Positions 28,301 to 37,675 of a stretch of DNA of 64,000 bases are shown here, piece after piece. The first letter of the stretch is position 1. The number at the start of each line of letters is the position of its first letter. A program made the position numbers and the translations under genes. Under the pieces are notes generated by a model, which saw only the letters and a program-made list of their open reading frames with translations, was not told where the DNA came from and did no database searches. The DNA lies in IMG/VR virus record IMGVR_UViG_3300023176_002545. The stretch is one strand, 5' to 3'. Source of the DNA: a virus.

Positions 28301-29992
28301 GCTAAAGGTATAAGTCTGTCCTCTAGTTAGATATAGTGTTGGATCAGTTAAGTTAGTTGTTCCGCCACCGTTGAATACATAGTTATTTGTACCGTCTGCT
28401 GTTACAGTAAAGTTAATAACACCGTCTACACTTGCAACGTCACCTGGTACAAAATTTGTGCCATCCCAAACTAGTGCTTGACCATTTGTTGGAGCAGTAC
28501 TTGTTGTATCTACGTCTTGTAATGCATCAATGCTTGTTGTTCCTAGAGATGGTGCTACTGCACCTGGCACCCAGTTAGATCCATTCCATACTAGTGCTTC
28601 GCCATTGCTTGGTGCTGCTGAAGTTGTGTCAACATCTGATAATGCATCAATGCTTGTAGCACTAATATCTGCTGCAACACTGCCTGGAACAAAGTCATTG
28701 CCGTTCCATACAAGTGCTTGTCCATTTGTTGGGGCAACACTAGTAATGTCAACATCATTTAATGCACCAACACTGAATGAGCCAATGCCTGTGATGTATC
28801 CTGAACTATTGTTAAAACTAATAACACCAGTAACTTGGTTAAAGTCAATGTCACCTGTGCCGCTAATATCTGTTAGTGCAATACCTACGCCACCTGTTGA
28901 AGTTGCGTCAGCAGCTGGTGCCCATGTAGCACCGTCCCATTTTAGTACTTGACCTGTACTTGGAGCAGTTGCACTTACATCTGCAAGATCTGCTAGGTTA
29001 GTAGGAATAGTTGGTGTGCCGGTTAGGTCACTGTATAATCCGCTAGTTGCTACTGTTGCTAGTGTAGGAGTACCTGTTAAGTCTGCATATGCACCGCTTG
29101 TTGCTACTGTTGCTAAACTTGCAGTTGTAGCATAACTTGATAAGTCTGGAGGAGTTAAAGTAAACAGACCTAGTGTATTATTATATGTTAATGTACCAGT
29201 ACCGCTTGGTGCTACAGTGTTAGCTGACAAGTCAGTTAGTGCAATGCCGCCGCTGCCACTGTCATCTGTTCCAACTTCCCAAGCACTGCTTGTTGCATTG
29301 TATTTTAATACGCTTCCTGTAACAGCACCAGTTACATCAACATCTGTTAATGTTGCCATTGATCCGCCACTGCTTGCTACAGTACCTGGAACAAAGTTTG
29401 TGCCATCCCAAACTAGAGCCTGGCCGTTAGTAGGTGCTGCTGTTGCTGTATCTACATCGCTTAGTGCATTGATGCTTGTAGCACTAATATCTGCTGCTAC
29501 TGCACCAGGAACCCATGCACTGCCATTCCAAACTAGTGCTTGGCCGTTGCTAGGTGTGGCTGCACTTACGTTTGTTAAATCATCTAATGCTTGTGCTACT
29601 GCGGTTGGTGTGGTTGCTGTCCATACAGCACCATCATAGGAAAGGACTTGACCGCTTGTTGCTCCTGCTACACTTGTATCGTTTAATGCTGCTAGGCTTG
29701 TTATGATAGTTGGTGTGTTAGCAAAATTATTATAGTCTAAATAGTAAGCCGGTGATTGACCTGCTAGTGTTGCGGCATCTGTACTTGATGAAGTTGCACT
29801 TCCCCATCCAATGCTTCCGTCAACGCCAACGATTAAAACTTGGCCTTGTAAACCAAGCTCCCATTCGGGAAAACCGCCTACTTTACTGTAAAGTTCGGTA
29901 AAATTATTATTTGTTTTCGTAAGTGCGGAACGTAGTGTATCGCCGTCACCTGCGTCAGGGCTACTACCTGTGTTGATTATTTCTTGAGCCAT
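25322..29992 (-). CDS. large fibre/baseplate-attached structural protein (1556 aa)
   Basis: gp9/gp10-type N-terminus (INTG..PDAGDGDTLR.A..K.NNNF.ELY), several internal repeat families, and a C-terminal AEAGSAYIVDT...ITLPA...NITIARNG domain. Confidence 0.8.
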   Translation of the reverse strand: MAQEIINTGSSPDAGDGDTLRSALTKTNNNFTELYSKVGGFPEWELGLQGQVLIVGVDGSIGWGSATSSSTDAATLAGQSPAYYLDYNNFANTPTIITSLAALNDTSVAGATSGQVLSYDGAVWTATTPTAVAQALDDLTNVSAATPSNGQALVWNGSAWVPGAVAADISATSINALSDVDTATAAPTNGQALVWDGTNFVPGTVASSGGSMATLTDVDVTGAVTGSVLKYNATSSAWEVGTDDSGSGGIALTDLSANTVAPSGTGTLTYNNTLGLFTLTPPDLSSYATTASLATVATSGAYADLTGTPTLATVATSGLYSDLTGTPTIPTNLADLADVSATAPSTGQVLKWDGATWAPAADATSTGGVGIALTDISGTGDIDFNQVTGVISFNNSSGYITGIGSFSVGALNDVDITSVAPTNGQALVWNGNDFVPGSVAADISATSIDALSDVDTTSAAPSNGEALVWNGSNWVPGAVAPSLGTTSIDALQDVDTTSTAPTNGQALVWDGTNFVPGDVASVDGVINFTVTADGTNNYVFNGGGTTNLTDPTLYLTRGQTYTFSISTTGSPFYIKTSATTGTTNAYTDGVTGNGTDSGTITFTVPQDAPDTLYYISQFYPGMTGTIYILDKFTQADWNIMFSTKTTDDLSEGLINKWYTDERVDDRVSTLVNAGTGINLTYDDVANTLTIEATGGGTGGSTTFLGLTDTPSSFAGFSNKFLAVNATGDAVEFADISTAIWGSDVKGSVFGDDSTILVDAISNKILGDVSNSETLTDTIGSSSGTTINVNNNTQLLFGAGGSIRGGPLATLGATRIEGTSLQFYSSLPMLVRADPTSPSQNLSFEGFFTGSLNGSVNGTLSGDVTSTNTSSFNNLSVSGNFTSSGTIESTLTGNYILGGLNAYHVENEYGDVIINEFGEVQNLNGQSPSYFLDYTNFTNTPTVPTVTDEISEAQGATNLYHTAARARASLSAGTGVIYNSTTGVIAVGQDVATNASPTFLNLTVSGNLTVQGTTTTIDTQQLLVEDNIITLNSNVTTGTPSLNSGIEVRRGDDGVKQFVWDEAVDKWSFGSDTVVASTFEGNLNGSITSPSATIELTSSTNKIRSYYATTADLPSATTYAGMFAVVQADGEAYVAVGGSWQQLIRIGGGLTTDGVAEGNNNLYWTEARGDANFTSNLLAISTDNLAEGNSNRYYQTTYFNQDFDYRLSNLLSSDIAEGTSNLYWTETRFDNSLSLKTTDDLAEGIANYYFTNARFNTEFGLKTIDDLSGVTLGAPAVGDVLQWNGTEWTNGSTFATLAGDLKGSVFADDSSVMVDGLTGEIKGRIANDDVTIQKQGSAVFFTPATLSDGFRFTIGATEQFYVDGNTSLAGTVDIFDTVNTRTGVNFIPEFDLDGDIGSATFRYANLYVGDIVSNNIRGDITGSVFAQDSTQIINDIDGTVVGDVVNANVTTNVVKTGKLSRGWTELITNVTAEAGSAYIVDTSVTGGVTITLPAVAELGDEIRVIDGFGTASLFNITIARNGHNIQGRADNLVIQTDRAAFGLVYYNAEQGWILTEN
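28435..29690 (-). repeat. coding tandem repeats LxDVdttxAPxNGQALVW(N/D)GxxxVPG (8 copies here, a ninth near 26140-26200)
   Basis: Visible in the translation and as imperfect DNA repeats (ccaaactagtgcttggcc-like). Confidence 0.85.
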
Positions 29993-30025
29993 AGTGTCCT
30001 ATTCCTAGCATACATTTATTTAAAG

Positions 30026-30057
30026 TATTTATCTTATCAGTTCAATTCTAATAAATA
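30026..30057. promoter_or_regulatory. divergent pair of late promoters (GATAAATA minus, ATAAATA plus)
   Basis: Both lie in the 73-nt gap between divergent structural operons. Confidence 0.6.
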
Positions 30058-30065
30058 CTTGTACT

Positions 30066-31436
30066 ATGCCAAGACTAAGTTTATACAAACCAGAAAAAGG
30101 TCGTGACTACAAGTTTTTAGACCGTCAAATATACGAAATGTTTCAAATTGGTGGGACAGATGTAAACATTCACAAATACATCGGCACCGATGACGGTACC
30201 ACTGTGAAAGATGAAAGACAAATACAAGATCTACTGTTTTTAGAGAACAGAGATCGTAAGTATGACGAAGATATTTACACTATTAGAGGTATCTATAATG
30301 TACAAGATATTGACTTTGACCTAAGTCAATTTGGACTGTTTTTACAAAATGACACAGTGTTTATGACCATACATATTAATAGTAGCGTAGATGCACTTGG
30401 TCGTAAAATAATGCCTGGTGATGTATTGGAATTACCTCATTTAAAGGATGAATTTGCAGCAAACGATTACGAAGTTGCACTTAAACGCTTTTATGTTGTA
30501 GAAGATGTTAACCGTGCTGCTGAAGGTTTTTCACCAACTTGGTATCCGCACTTATATAGAATTAAATTAAAACAGATAGTAGACAGTCAAGAATTTAAAG
30601 ATATTTTAGATTTACCAATGAATGAAGATGCTCCTGAGCAGGGCAGTTTACGCGATTTGTTGTCTACATACGAAGCAGAAATGCAAATTAATAATGCAAA
30701 TCTTGCAGAAGCAGAAAAGGATGCTGCAAAGTCAGGATATGACATTACAAATCTTTATACACTTGCTGTTAACGAAGACGGCAGCACTGCACTAGAAACT
30801 GTTGATGATAGTACACTGAATGCAGACTCATTAAATACTGTTGATGCATTGCGTAACACTCCGAGAAAAGATGGTTATAGTGGTTACTTATTAGGCTCTA
30901 CTGAAGCTCCAGACGGTGCTCCATTTGGTAGCGGTATTGCGTTTCCAACTACTCAAGCAGAAGGAGATTATTTTTTACGTATAGACTTTTTACCTAATAG
31001 ATTATTCCGTTATGACGGAACACGTTGGGTTAAAATGAGAGATAATCTAAGAATGGATATGACAAATACTAGTGCAAGACAAACACAACGCTTGTCGTTT
31101 GTTAACAATCTTGAATTTACATATATTGATAAACTTGCCGCAGACATGGCATCATTGGCAAAGGGCGACACTGTTATTCAAACAGACGTACAGTTAATTA
31201 CACCAACTCCTGCATATGTTCTTATTAAACTTAATAACTTTAAACTTGAATTGTCAGTTGCTGAAAATCCTGGCTTAATAACCACATATGCAAAAGGCAG
31301 TTTTACAGATTTAATGCAAATAAATTTACCAACAGAAATTATCGAAACAGGTTTGTGGGAAGTTATATTCTACAATGATAGAGTTAAACAGCGTCAAAGC
31401 CTAAGTGAAGCATTGCGTCCAAGGAGTGACAATTAA
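30066..31436 (+). CDS. gp14: neck protein / head closure (gp14-like, extended)
   Basis: DLLFLENRDRKY, LSQFGLFL.ND, PGDVLELPH and WYPHLYRIK motifs. Confidence 0.75.
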   Translation: MPRLSLYKPEKGRDYKFLDRQIYEMFQIGGTDVNIHKYIGTDDGTTVKDERQIQDLLFLENRDRKYDEDIYTIRGIYNVQDIDFDLSQFGLFLQNDTVFMTIHINSSVDALGRKIMPGDVLELPHLKDEFAANDYEVALKRFYVVEDVNRAAEGFSPTWYPHLYRIKLKQIVDSQEFKDILDLPMNEDAPEQGSLRDLLSTYEAEMQINNANLAEAEKDAAKSGYDITNLYTLAVNEDGSTALETVDDSTLNADSLNTVDALRNTPRKDGYSGYLLGSTEAPDGAPFGSGIAFPTTQAEGDYFLRIDFLPNRLFRYDGTRWVKMRDNLRMDMTNTSARQTQRLSFVNNLEFTYIDKLAADMASLAKGDTVIQTDVQLITPTPAYVLIKLNNFKLELSVAENPGLITTYAKGSFTDLMQINLPTEIIETGLWEVIFYNDRVKQRQSLSEALRPRSDN

Positions 31437-32866
31437 TGGAACATTTTTATGACGGTCAAGTAAGACGCTATCTAAATCAGATGCTTCGTTTGCTGAGTCA
31501 TTTTACTTACAAAGACGGAAGTGGAAAAATAACACAAGTTCCTGTAATGTATGGAGACATTACACGACAAGTTGCAAGTATTATTAGAGATAACTCAGAA
31601 AATAAAATACCAAGTGCTCCACGAATAGGTATGTATGTAACTGGTCTTGAACAAGATCGTTCTCGTACTGCTGATGCAAGTTATGTTAACAAAGTTCATA
31701 TTAGAGAAAGAGAGTATGACGAAGTTAATAAAAAATATCTTCCTACTCAAGGTAATTCATATACAGTTGAAAGGCTAATGCCTAGCCCTTATACACTTAC
31801 TGTTAATGCGGACATATGGTCAACAAACTCAGATCAAAAGCTACAACTTGTAGAACAGATACTAATGCTGTTTAATCCAAGTTTAGAAATTCAAACAACA
31901 GACAACTTTGTTGATTGGACTAGTTTAAGTGTTGTTAACTTAGAAGGTGTAACTTGGAGTAGTAGAAGTATTCCGCAAGGAACTGAAAGCGAAATTGATG
32001 TGGCAACACTACAATTTAGTACACCCATCTATATTAGTCCTCCAGTAAAAGTAAAACAACTAGGTGTAGTAACTCAAATTACTATGAGTATAGGTGATGA
32101 AGAACGCGGCACTATTGAAACAGGTATTAATATTCCTGGTGACTCGATACTATTCCCAGGATGGGATCAAGAAGCACCACAAGGATTTAAGGCTAATATA
32201 GGATTAAATCCAGATGATTGGCATTTACTTGTAATAGGAACATATTCAGAGCTTGTTAATCCTATGGGTCTACAAGCACAGTCAGAACTAGATGTACCAA
32301 CACCTAATGGAACAAAAGGTTCATGGCAAGGAATACTTGATGCAATGCCTGGGCAATATCGTGCAGGACTTTCTAAAATATTCTTAAAACGTTCAGATAC
32401 AAACGCACCTATTGTTGGATACATTACACTGAATCCGTTAGATGATAGAAAACTTGTAGTAAATTGGGATGAAGATACTCAACCAACTAATACACTACTT
32501 ACAGGTCCTACACGTACAGATGGAAATATAAATGCTGTTGTTGATCCTCAAAGAGCAATACCAAATGTTGGTCCAGGTGTTAGATTCTTAATTACAGGAA
32601 ATATAGGTGATATTTCCAATGTTGACGGTCCTGATGCATGGAAAAATTTAGATGGTAGTGACTTTATAGCTGAAGAAAATGACATTATAGAATGGGACGG
32701 TCTCAAGTGGCATATTATATTTGATGCAAGCGAGTATGCCGGTGATCCTATTTATGTTAGAAATATTAATCCTAATAGTGGTCTACAATTTAAATGGGAC
32801 GGAGATCAGTGGATTAAAGCCTGGGAAGGCATTTACGAGCCAGGAAACTGGCAAATCATCCTCTAA
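31436..32866 (+). CDS. gp15: tail terminator / sheath stabiliser (gp15-like, extended)
   Basis: FYDGQVRRY, VPVMYGD, PRIG, PSPYTL...IW......QLVEQIL.LFNP motifs. Confidence 0.85.
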   Translation: MEHFYDGQVRRYLNQMLRLLSHFTYKDGSGKITQVPVMYGDITRQVASIIRDNSENKIPSAPRIGMYVTGLEQDRSRTADASYVNKVHIREREYDEVNKKYLPTQGNSYTVERLMPSPYTLTVNADIWSTNSDQKLQLVEQILMLFNPSLEIQTTDNFVDWTSLSVVNLEGVTWSSRSIPQGTESEIDVATLQFSTPIYISPPVKVKQLGVVTQITMSIGDEERGTIETGINIPGDSILFPGWDQEAPQGFKANIGLNPDDWHLLVIGTYSELVNPMGLQAQSELDVPTPNGTKGSWQGILDAMPGQYRAGLSKIFLKRSDTNAPIVGYITLNPLDDRKLVVNWDEDTQPTNTLLTGPTRTDGNINAVVDPQRAIPNVGPGVRFLITGNIGDISNVDGPDAWKNLDGSDFIAEENDIIEWDGLKWHIIFDASEYAGDPIYVRNINPNSGLQFKWDGDQWIKAWEGIYEPGNWQIIL

Positions 32867-32883
32867 ATCAAATAACTACTTAT

Positions 32884-33336
32884 ATGAGTAATAAAATCAT
32901 TTGCAGTGGTGCTATCGTCTGTTCACTAAAAACTAAGCGATTCCTGCTGCTACAAAGGACACATCAAAAGCAAATAGGCCAATGGGGATTAGTAGGAGGA
33001 ACTAATGACTCAAATGAGTCTCCATGGGAAGGTCTAACGCGAGAGATTATAGAAGAAATAGGTTCTTTACCTAACTTTGTTAAAGTTATTCCATTAGAGC
33101 TTTTTGTTAGTAATGATGAAAAATTTAATTTTCATACATATCTTTGTTTTGTAGATGAAGAGTTTATACCTGTTTTAAATGAAGAACACTCGGGATATTG
33201 TTGGGTTGATTTTGGTGTGTGGCCTAAACCCTTACATCAGGGGTTGCGAAATACTTTAAATAATGCTACAATAAAAACTAAAGTATTAACCGCAGTCGAT
33301 GTATTACAATATATCGAGGATCAGAATGATAATTAA
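32884..33336 (+). CDS. Nudix hydrolase
   Basis: Nudix box GGTNDSNESPWEGLTREIIEEIG; LNEEH.GY.W. Confidence 0.9.
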   Translation: MSNKIICSGAIVCSLKTKRFLLLQRTHQKQIGQWGLVGGTNDSNESPWEGLTREIIEEIGSLPNFVKVIPLELFVSNDEKFNFHTYLCFVDEEFIPVLNEEHSGYCWVDFGVWPKPLHQGLRNTLNNATIKTKVLTAVDVLQYIEDQNDN

Positions 33337-33856
33337 AGATTTATGGCCTACAAAATTAATACAGTTCAAATGGGATAATCAAGAACTATTAGGTAATGTT
33401 GTTAACGACATTATTCTAAAATTTCCCGATGGTATTAGTGATAGTGAACGTCCCGATATAGAAGAATATCCTGAAATTAAACCAGCATATGATTATGTTA
33501 ATGACTGCGTTGAAAAATTTTTAGAGGTTGAATTTCCTAAACAAGGAACTTATTCTTTTAGCTGGTGGGTACATGTTTATAGACAAGGTGCTACACATCA
33601 TATACATAATCACTTAGGCAGTCAGTTTACTGGTATACTTTATCTTGCAACACCTCCTGTAGGCGGAGAACTAGTATTACACGATCCAAGAGGTAATGCT
33701 AACAGAGGTTATAATAATAATTTAAAACATATGTTTGATCCTATTATATTAAAACCCGAAGCAGGTGATTTGTTTATATTTCCTAGTTTTGTTTGGCACA
33801 ATGTTGAAACTGTAAAAGACATGCGTATATGCATGCCATTCGATGTGTGGTGTTAA
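33326..33856 (+). CDS. 2OG-Fe(II) oxygenase (phage/TIGR02466-like; start revised to 33326)
   Basis: HHIHNH, FTGILYL, L.LHDPR, and P.AGDL.IFPS.VWH.V motifs; GAGGA RBS before the ATG at 33326. Confidence 0.8.
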   Translation: MIIKDLWPTKLIQFKWDNQELLGNVVNDIILKFPDGISDSERPDIEEYPEIKPAYDYVNDCVEKFLEVEFPKQGTYSFSWWVHVYRQGATHHIHNHLGSQFTGILYLATPPVGGELVLHDPRGNANRGYNNNLKHMFDPIILKPEAGDLFIFPSFVWHNVETVKDMRICMPFDVWC

Positions 33857-33857
33857 T

Positions 33858-34319
33858 ATGCTACTACCTAGTGTTAGTCTATCGTACGATGAATTTGTAT
33901 CTTTAATTAGAAGCGAGCATGCTTTTAATGAAGACATGGTTAGTTATATTGATCGAAAAGGCTTGCAACACTATTTAAAATTTGACGATTATATTTCATA
34001 TCTAGGTAAAATAGATAACTTATTGTTAGACAAGGATATAACAATTAAAGTAGAAAAATATGAAACTATGTGTAACTTTAATAAAGGCACTGTTCATATA
34101 TTTTATGCTAAAGAAGGAAGTCCTAGTTTTGACGAGCATTGTGATCCTGTAGACTTAATGTTGCAAGTAACACATGGTGTAAAAACAATAGAAATGAATC
34201 AAAGAGATTATACGTTGCATAAGGGAGAACGTTTATACATTCCTGCAAGTACATTACATCGTGCAACAAACAAATATGAAAGCATTATGCTATCTTGGGG
34301 TATAAATGACTGTACATAA
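33858..34319 (+). CDS. JmjC/cupin (ROXA/Cupin_4-like) putative protein hydroxylase
   Basis: SPSFDEHCDP.D..LQV.HGVK and L.KGE.LYIPA...HRA motifs (HxD...H facial triad). Confidence 0.75.
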   Translation: MLLPSVSLSYDEFVSLIRSEHAFNEDMVSYIDRKGLQHYLKFDDYISYLGKIDNLLLDKDITIKVEKYETMCNFNKGTVHIFYAKEGSPSFDEHCDPVDLMLQVTHGVKTIEMNQRDYTLHKGERLYIPASTLHRATNKYESIMLSWGINDCT

Positions 34320-35331
34320 TGCTACACAATATATGTCCTATATTAAAACAACCGAGACTTGTAATTTAAACTGTTCTCATTGTTTTACTAACGGTACAAG
34401 TGGACGTAAGATTTATTTTAACCCTGTTGCTACAGCAGACTTTTTTAATAGGCTGTATGCCAAAATGCCCAACAGTGGAATAGCGTTTGAGTTTCACGGT
34501 GGTGAGCCTATGCTTGCACCTGTAGAAGATATGAAACTGTTTCACAAACTGACTTACGATGTTTGGGGTGACAGAGCATACTATGGCATGACTACTAACC
34601 TAACTTATAAACTAACAGACGATAAACTTGATTTAATATACGGAATATTGCACAAGCGTTTGGGTACAAGTTACGATCCGTTTATACGTTGGGCAAATGA
34701 AAAACAACAAAAATTATGGGAAGATAATGTACGTCAACTAACAGCAGACGGTGTTGAAATCAAATGCTTTGTAAGTCTAAGCAAGGACATGATACAAGAA
34801 AACCCAGCAGATGTTATTGAATATCTTATTAGTTTAGGAATACAAGAAGTTGACTTTGAACGTTTAACTTCAGACGGTAATGCAGTACGCAATCCTAAAA
34901 TATTTCCTACAAATATAGAAATACAAGATTGGTATATGCTGCTTCATAAAGAAACACAAGCAAGAGGTTTGCGTGATAAAATATACAATCAAACACTTGA
35001 AAGTGTGTATATGAAGTTTGAAGAAGGCATTACTCGTGCAAGTACATTTTGTAGAGACTGTGAGCAAAAACTGTTTACTGTAAATGCAGATGGAACTATT
35101 GCAGGATGTCCTAACTCAGCACCTACAGCACACTATGCACACATAAGTGATGACATTGACACTGTGTTATATCATCCAGAACGTATGTGTAACATTGCTA
35201 ATGAATTAAATAGAAATCCCAAGTGCTATGAATGCCCTGTGCAGTTTTATTGTGGTGGCGACTGTTATAAACTTGCGTGGGAAGGCAATGTATGTCCTGC
35301 ACCTAAAAAACTTATGTTGGAGTTGGCATAA
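34306..35331 (+). CDS. radical SAM/SPASM protein 1
   Basis: CNLNCSHC, FHGGEP; SPASM-like CRDC...GCPN...CYEC...CGGDC...C. Confidence 0.92.
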   Translation: MTVHNATQYMSYIKTTETCNLNCSHCFTNGTSGRKIYFNPVATADFFNRLYAKMPNSGIAFEFHGGEPMLAPVEDMKLFHKLTYDVWGDRAYYGMTTNLTYKLTDDKLDLIYGILHKRLGTSYDPFIRWANEKQQKLWEDNVRQLTADGVEIKCFVSLSKDMIQENPADVIEYLISLGIQEVDFERLTSDGNAVRNPKIFPTNIEIQDWYMLLHKETQARGLRDKIYNQTLESVYMKFEEGITRASTFCRDCEQKLFTVNADGTIAGCPNSAPTAHYAHISDDIDTVLYHPERMCNIANELNRNPKCYECPVQFYCGGDCYKLAWEGNVCPAPKKLMLELA

Positions 35332-36365
35332 TGGATTTAATTATTAAACCAACAGAAGCGTGTAACTTTAAATGTACATTCTGCTCGTCAACTAAGATTG
35401 ACCCTAACAATGCAGGACTACTTGATCACGATTACATTTTTAGATTTTTAAAACGCTATCCTGATACAAACACTATTATTGTAAATGGTGGCGATCCACT
35501 AATGGTCGAGCCAGACTATTACTGGAAGATTATCAAGTTTTTAGATGAACATAATATGCCTGCAACTATTAGTTTTACTAGTAACTTGTGGCCATTCTAT
35601 GTTAAGCCGGACAAGTGGGTTGAACTGTTTAATCATCCACGCATGGGTATTGCTACTAGCTTCCAATACGGTAGTGGCAGACTTAAAGGCGATATGAGTG
35701 TGTTCACTGAAGAAGATTTTTGGAAAGTATCAGACAAGATGTTAGAGCTTGTAGGATACCGTCCTGAGTTTATTGCTGTTATTGATGATATGAATGATTG
35801 GAGTATTATTAAAACAGTTGAACTTGCTAAACAAATGGACGTAGTATGCAAAGTAAACTATGCTATGGCCAGTGGCGAACAAGGTTACACTTATCGCCTA
35901 AGCAAAATATATAAAGCGTATTTAGACATACACGAAGCAGGTCTTACTCCTTGGGAATATAACACACAACAAATGATACGCAGACTGCAAACTGACACAA
36001 CTACGTGTCCGCAGAACAGACACTGTGACGAAGGTATTAGAGCATTTAATCCAGGTGGTGACTATTACAGTTGTGGCAGCTTAGGTGATGACAAAGATTA
36101 TCCTATTGACTTTGAATATGAAATGTCAGGCGGATTTAGCACACCATTGCAAGATGCACCTGAACTTATATCAATGAAGCAGGCTTGTTTGACTTGTCCT
36201 ATGTTCCGTATATGTAACGGCTGTCGTAAAACCGTGCGAGATCATAAACGTGAAGGTGTTGTAGAAGATCATTGTTTTCAAATGAAACAACTTGCACCTA
36301 AGATACTAGAACTTAATGGTCAAGATCCTAACGAAGTTACACCTTATGTGAGAGAATATGACTGA
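35331..36365 (+). CDS. radical SAM/SPASM protein 2
   Basis: IKPTEACNFKCTFC, NGGDP; C-terminal C...C...YSC...CLTC...CNGC...C. Confidence 0.92.
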   Translation: MDLIIKPTEACNFKCTFCSSTKIDPNNAGLLDHDYIFRFLKRYPDTNTIIVNGGDPLMVEPDYYWKIIKFLDEHNMPATISFTSNLWPFYVKPDKWVELFNHPRMGIATSFQYGSGRLKGDMSVFTEEDFWKVSDKMLELVGYRPEFIAVIDDMNDWSIIKTVELAKQMDVVCKVNYAMASGEQGYTYRLSKIYKAYLDIHEAGLTPWEYNTQQMIRRLQTDTTTCPQNRHCDEGIRAFNPGGDYYSCGSLGDDKDYPIDFEYEMSGGFSTPLQDAPELISMKQACLTCPMFRICNGCRKTVRDHKREGVVEDHCFQMKQLAPKILELNGQDPNEVTPYVREYD

Positions 36366-37275
36366 GTTTACTGTTAGCATAAACCCTACATACTTTTGTA
36401 ACTTTCGTTGCGACTTTTGTTATCTTACACCAGAGCAACTAGCAAACAAACATCGTATTAGCCCACAAGAACTTGATCAAAGATTAAGCGAAATAACTGT
36501 GCCTATTACACACGTTGACTTATATGGCGGTGAAATAGGATTACTTGACAAAGATTACTTTTACAGCATTAAAAGTGTAATAAAAAAACACTTTGCTGGT
36601 ACTATAAATATTAATACTAACTTTAGTGCAAGACCGGATTTCTTTTTAGACGACGATGTGCATGTTAGTGTGAGCTATGATTTTGAAGCACGTGAGCTAA
36701 GTGACACTGTGTTAAGAAACATATTATTGTTTCCTAAAGATGTAAGTGTACTTGTTTTAGCAAGCCCAAAAGTATTAGCAACAGACGTAGACTTTATGAT
36801 TAACACATTTAATATGGTTCAGAATATTAAGTGTGTTGAGATAAAACCTTACAGCACTAACCAAGCAAATGCACACCCTGTTACACACAAAGACTTTGAA
36901 GAACACGTTAAAAAATGGATAGAGTCACCAATACAAAAGCAATTTGATTTTGTAAATGTTGACGAGTTAGAAGATGTATTAGATGGAAAACGTAATGCAT
37001 TTTCAAACGATCATGTTTATATTACTCCAGATGCTAAGTTTGGTGTGCTAGAGTTTGATGACAATGATAATGAATATTTTGAAAAATATAATAAATTTGA
37101 AGATTATCTATTTTGGGCCGATCAAGAGCCAACAAAAAATTTAAGTCCTATATGTCATAGTTGCGAATACTATGGAAAATGTTTAACAGAACATTATAGA
37201 TTTGTACATGACTTAGATAATGGATGCAATGGTTACAAAGGATTAATAGACTGGTATGCTAGACTGGAAGATTAG
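36358..37275 (+). CDS. radical SAM protein 3
   Basis: CNFRCDFC, YGGE; C-terminal CHSC...KC...C. Confidence 0.88.
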   Translation: MTEFTVSINPTYFCNFRCDFCYLTPEQLANKHRISPQELDQRLSEITVPITHVDLYGGEIGLLDKDYFYSIKSVIKKHFAGTININTNFSARPDFFLDDDVHVSVSYDFEARELSDTVLRNILLFPKDVSVLVLASPKVLATDVDFMINTFNMVQNIKCVEIKPYSTNQANAHPVTHKDFEEHVKKWIESPIQKQFDFVNVDELEDVLDGKRNAFSNDHVYITPDAKFGVLEFDDNDNEYFEKYNKFEDYLFWADQEPTKNLSPICHSCEYYGKCLTEHYRFVHDLDNGCNGYKGLIDWYARLED

Positions 37276-37675
37276 ACAACAACTTTTTAATTCTACTGCG
37301 GAAGAATTTACAGACGACTTAAATTTAGTTAATATTCGCACAGAAGAAGATAGTGTTACTTGGGCAGTAAAACACTTTAACGAACGTGTAGACGAATGGG
37401 TATATCCTGCTAAAAGTTATTTTGTAGCAATATGTTATGCTTATTGGATTAGTTTAGATTTTCGTTACGACTTTATTGAACTGCTAGACGACAAAGACTT
37501 GTTAGCAGGCAACGATCCATACTTTAAAACTTATAGTGAAGATAAAGCAACTTACAATGCTATACTTGATCAGGTTGAACTACCTGATCCTTCATCTCAG
37601 ATGGGAATGGTGCCCGACGTTCGATCGTATTATGAGGAAGAGATGATGTTTGACGAGTATCCCCTACATAGTTAA
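37256..37675 (+). CDS. hypothetical accessory protein (139 aa) in the radical SAM cluster
   Basis: Overlaps rSAM3 by 20 nt; acidic, aromatic-rich (YPAKSYFVAICYAYWI). Confidence 0.7.
   Translation: MLDWKIRQQLFNSTAEEFTDDLNLVNIRTEEDSVTWAVKHFNERVDEWVYPAKSYFVAICYAYWISLDFRYDFIELLDDKDLLAGNDPYFKTYSEDKATYNAILDQVELPDPSSQMGMVPDVRSYYEEEMMFDEYPLHS

Noticed and set aside
26691-29639. Plus-strand ORFs (26691, 27621, 28530, 29217) and similar antisense ORFs at 9199, 16562, 21065, 49689, 52224, 55494
   Set aside because: Shadow ORFs opposite Thr/Gly/Ala-rich genes, lacking RBS or operon context and any recognisable motifs.
28435-29690. CRISPR-like or non-coding tandem repeat
   Set aside because: The repeats are imperfect, in frame and synonymously diverged inside the fibre ORF, with no constant-length repeat/spacer pattern and no cas genes.
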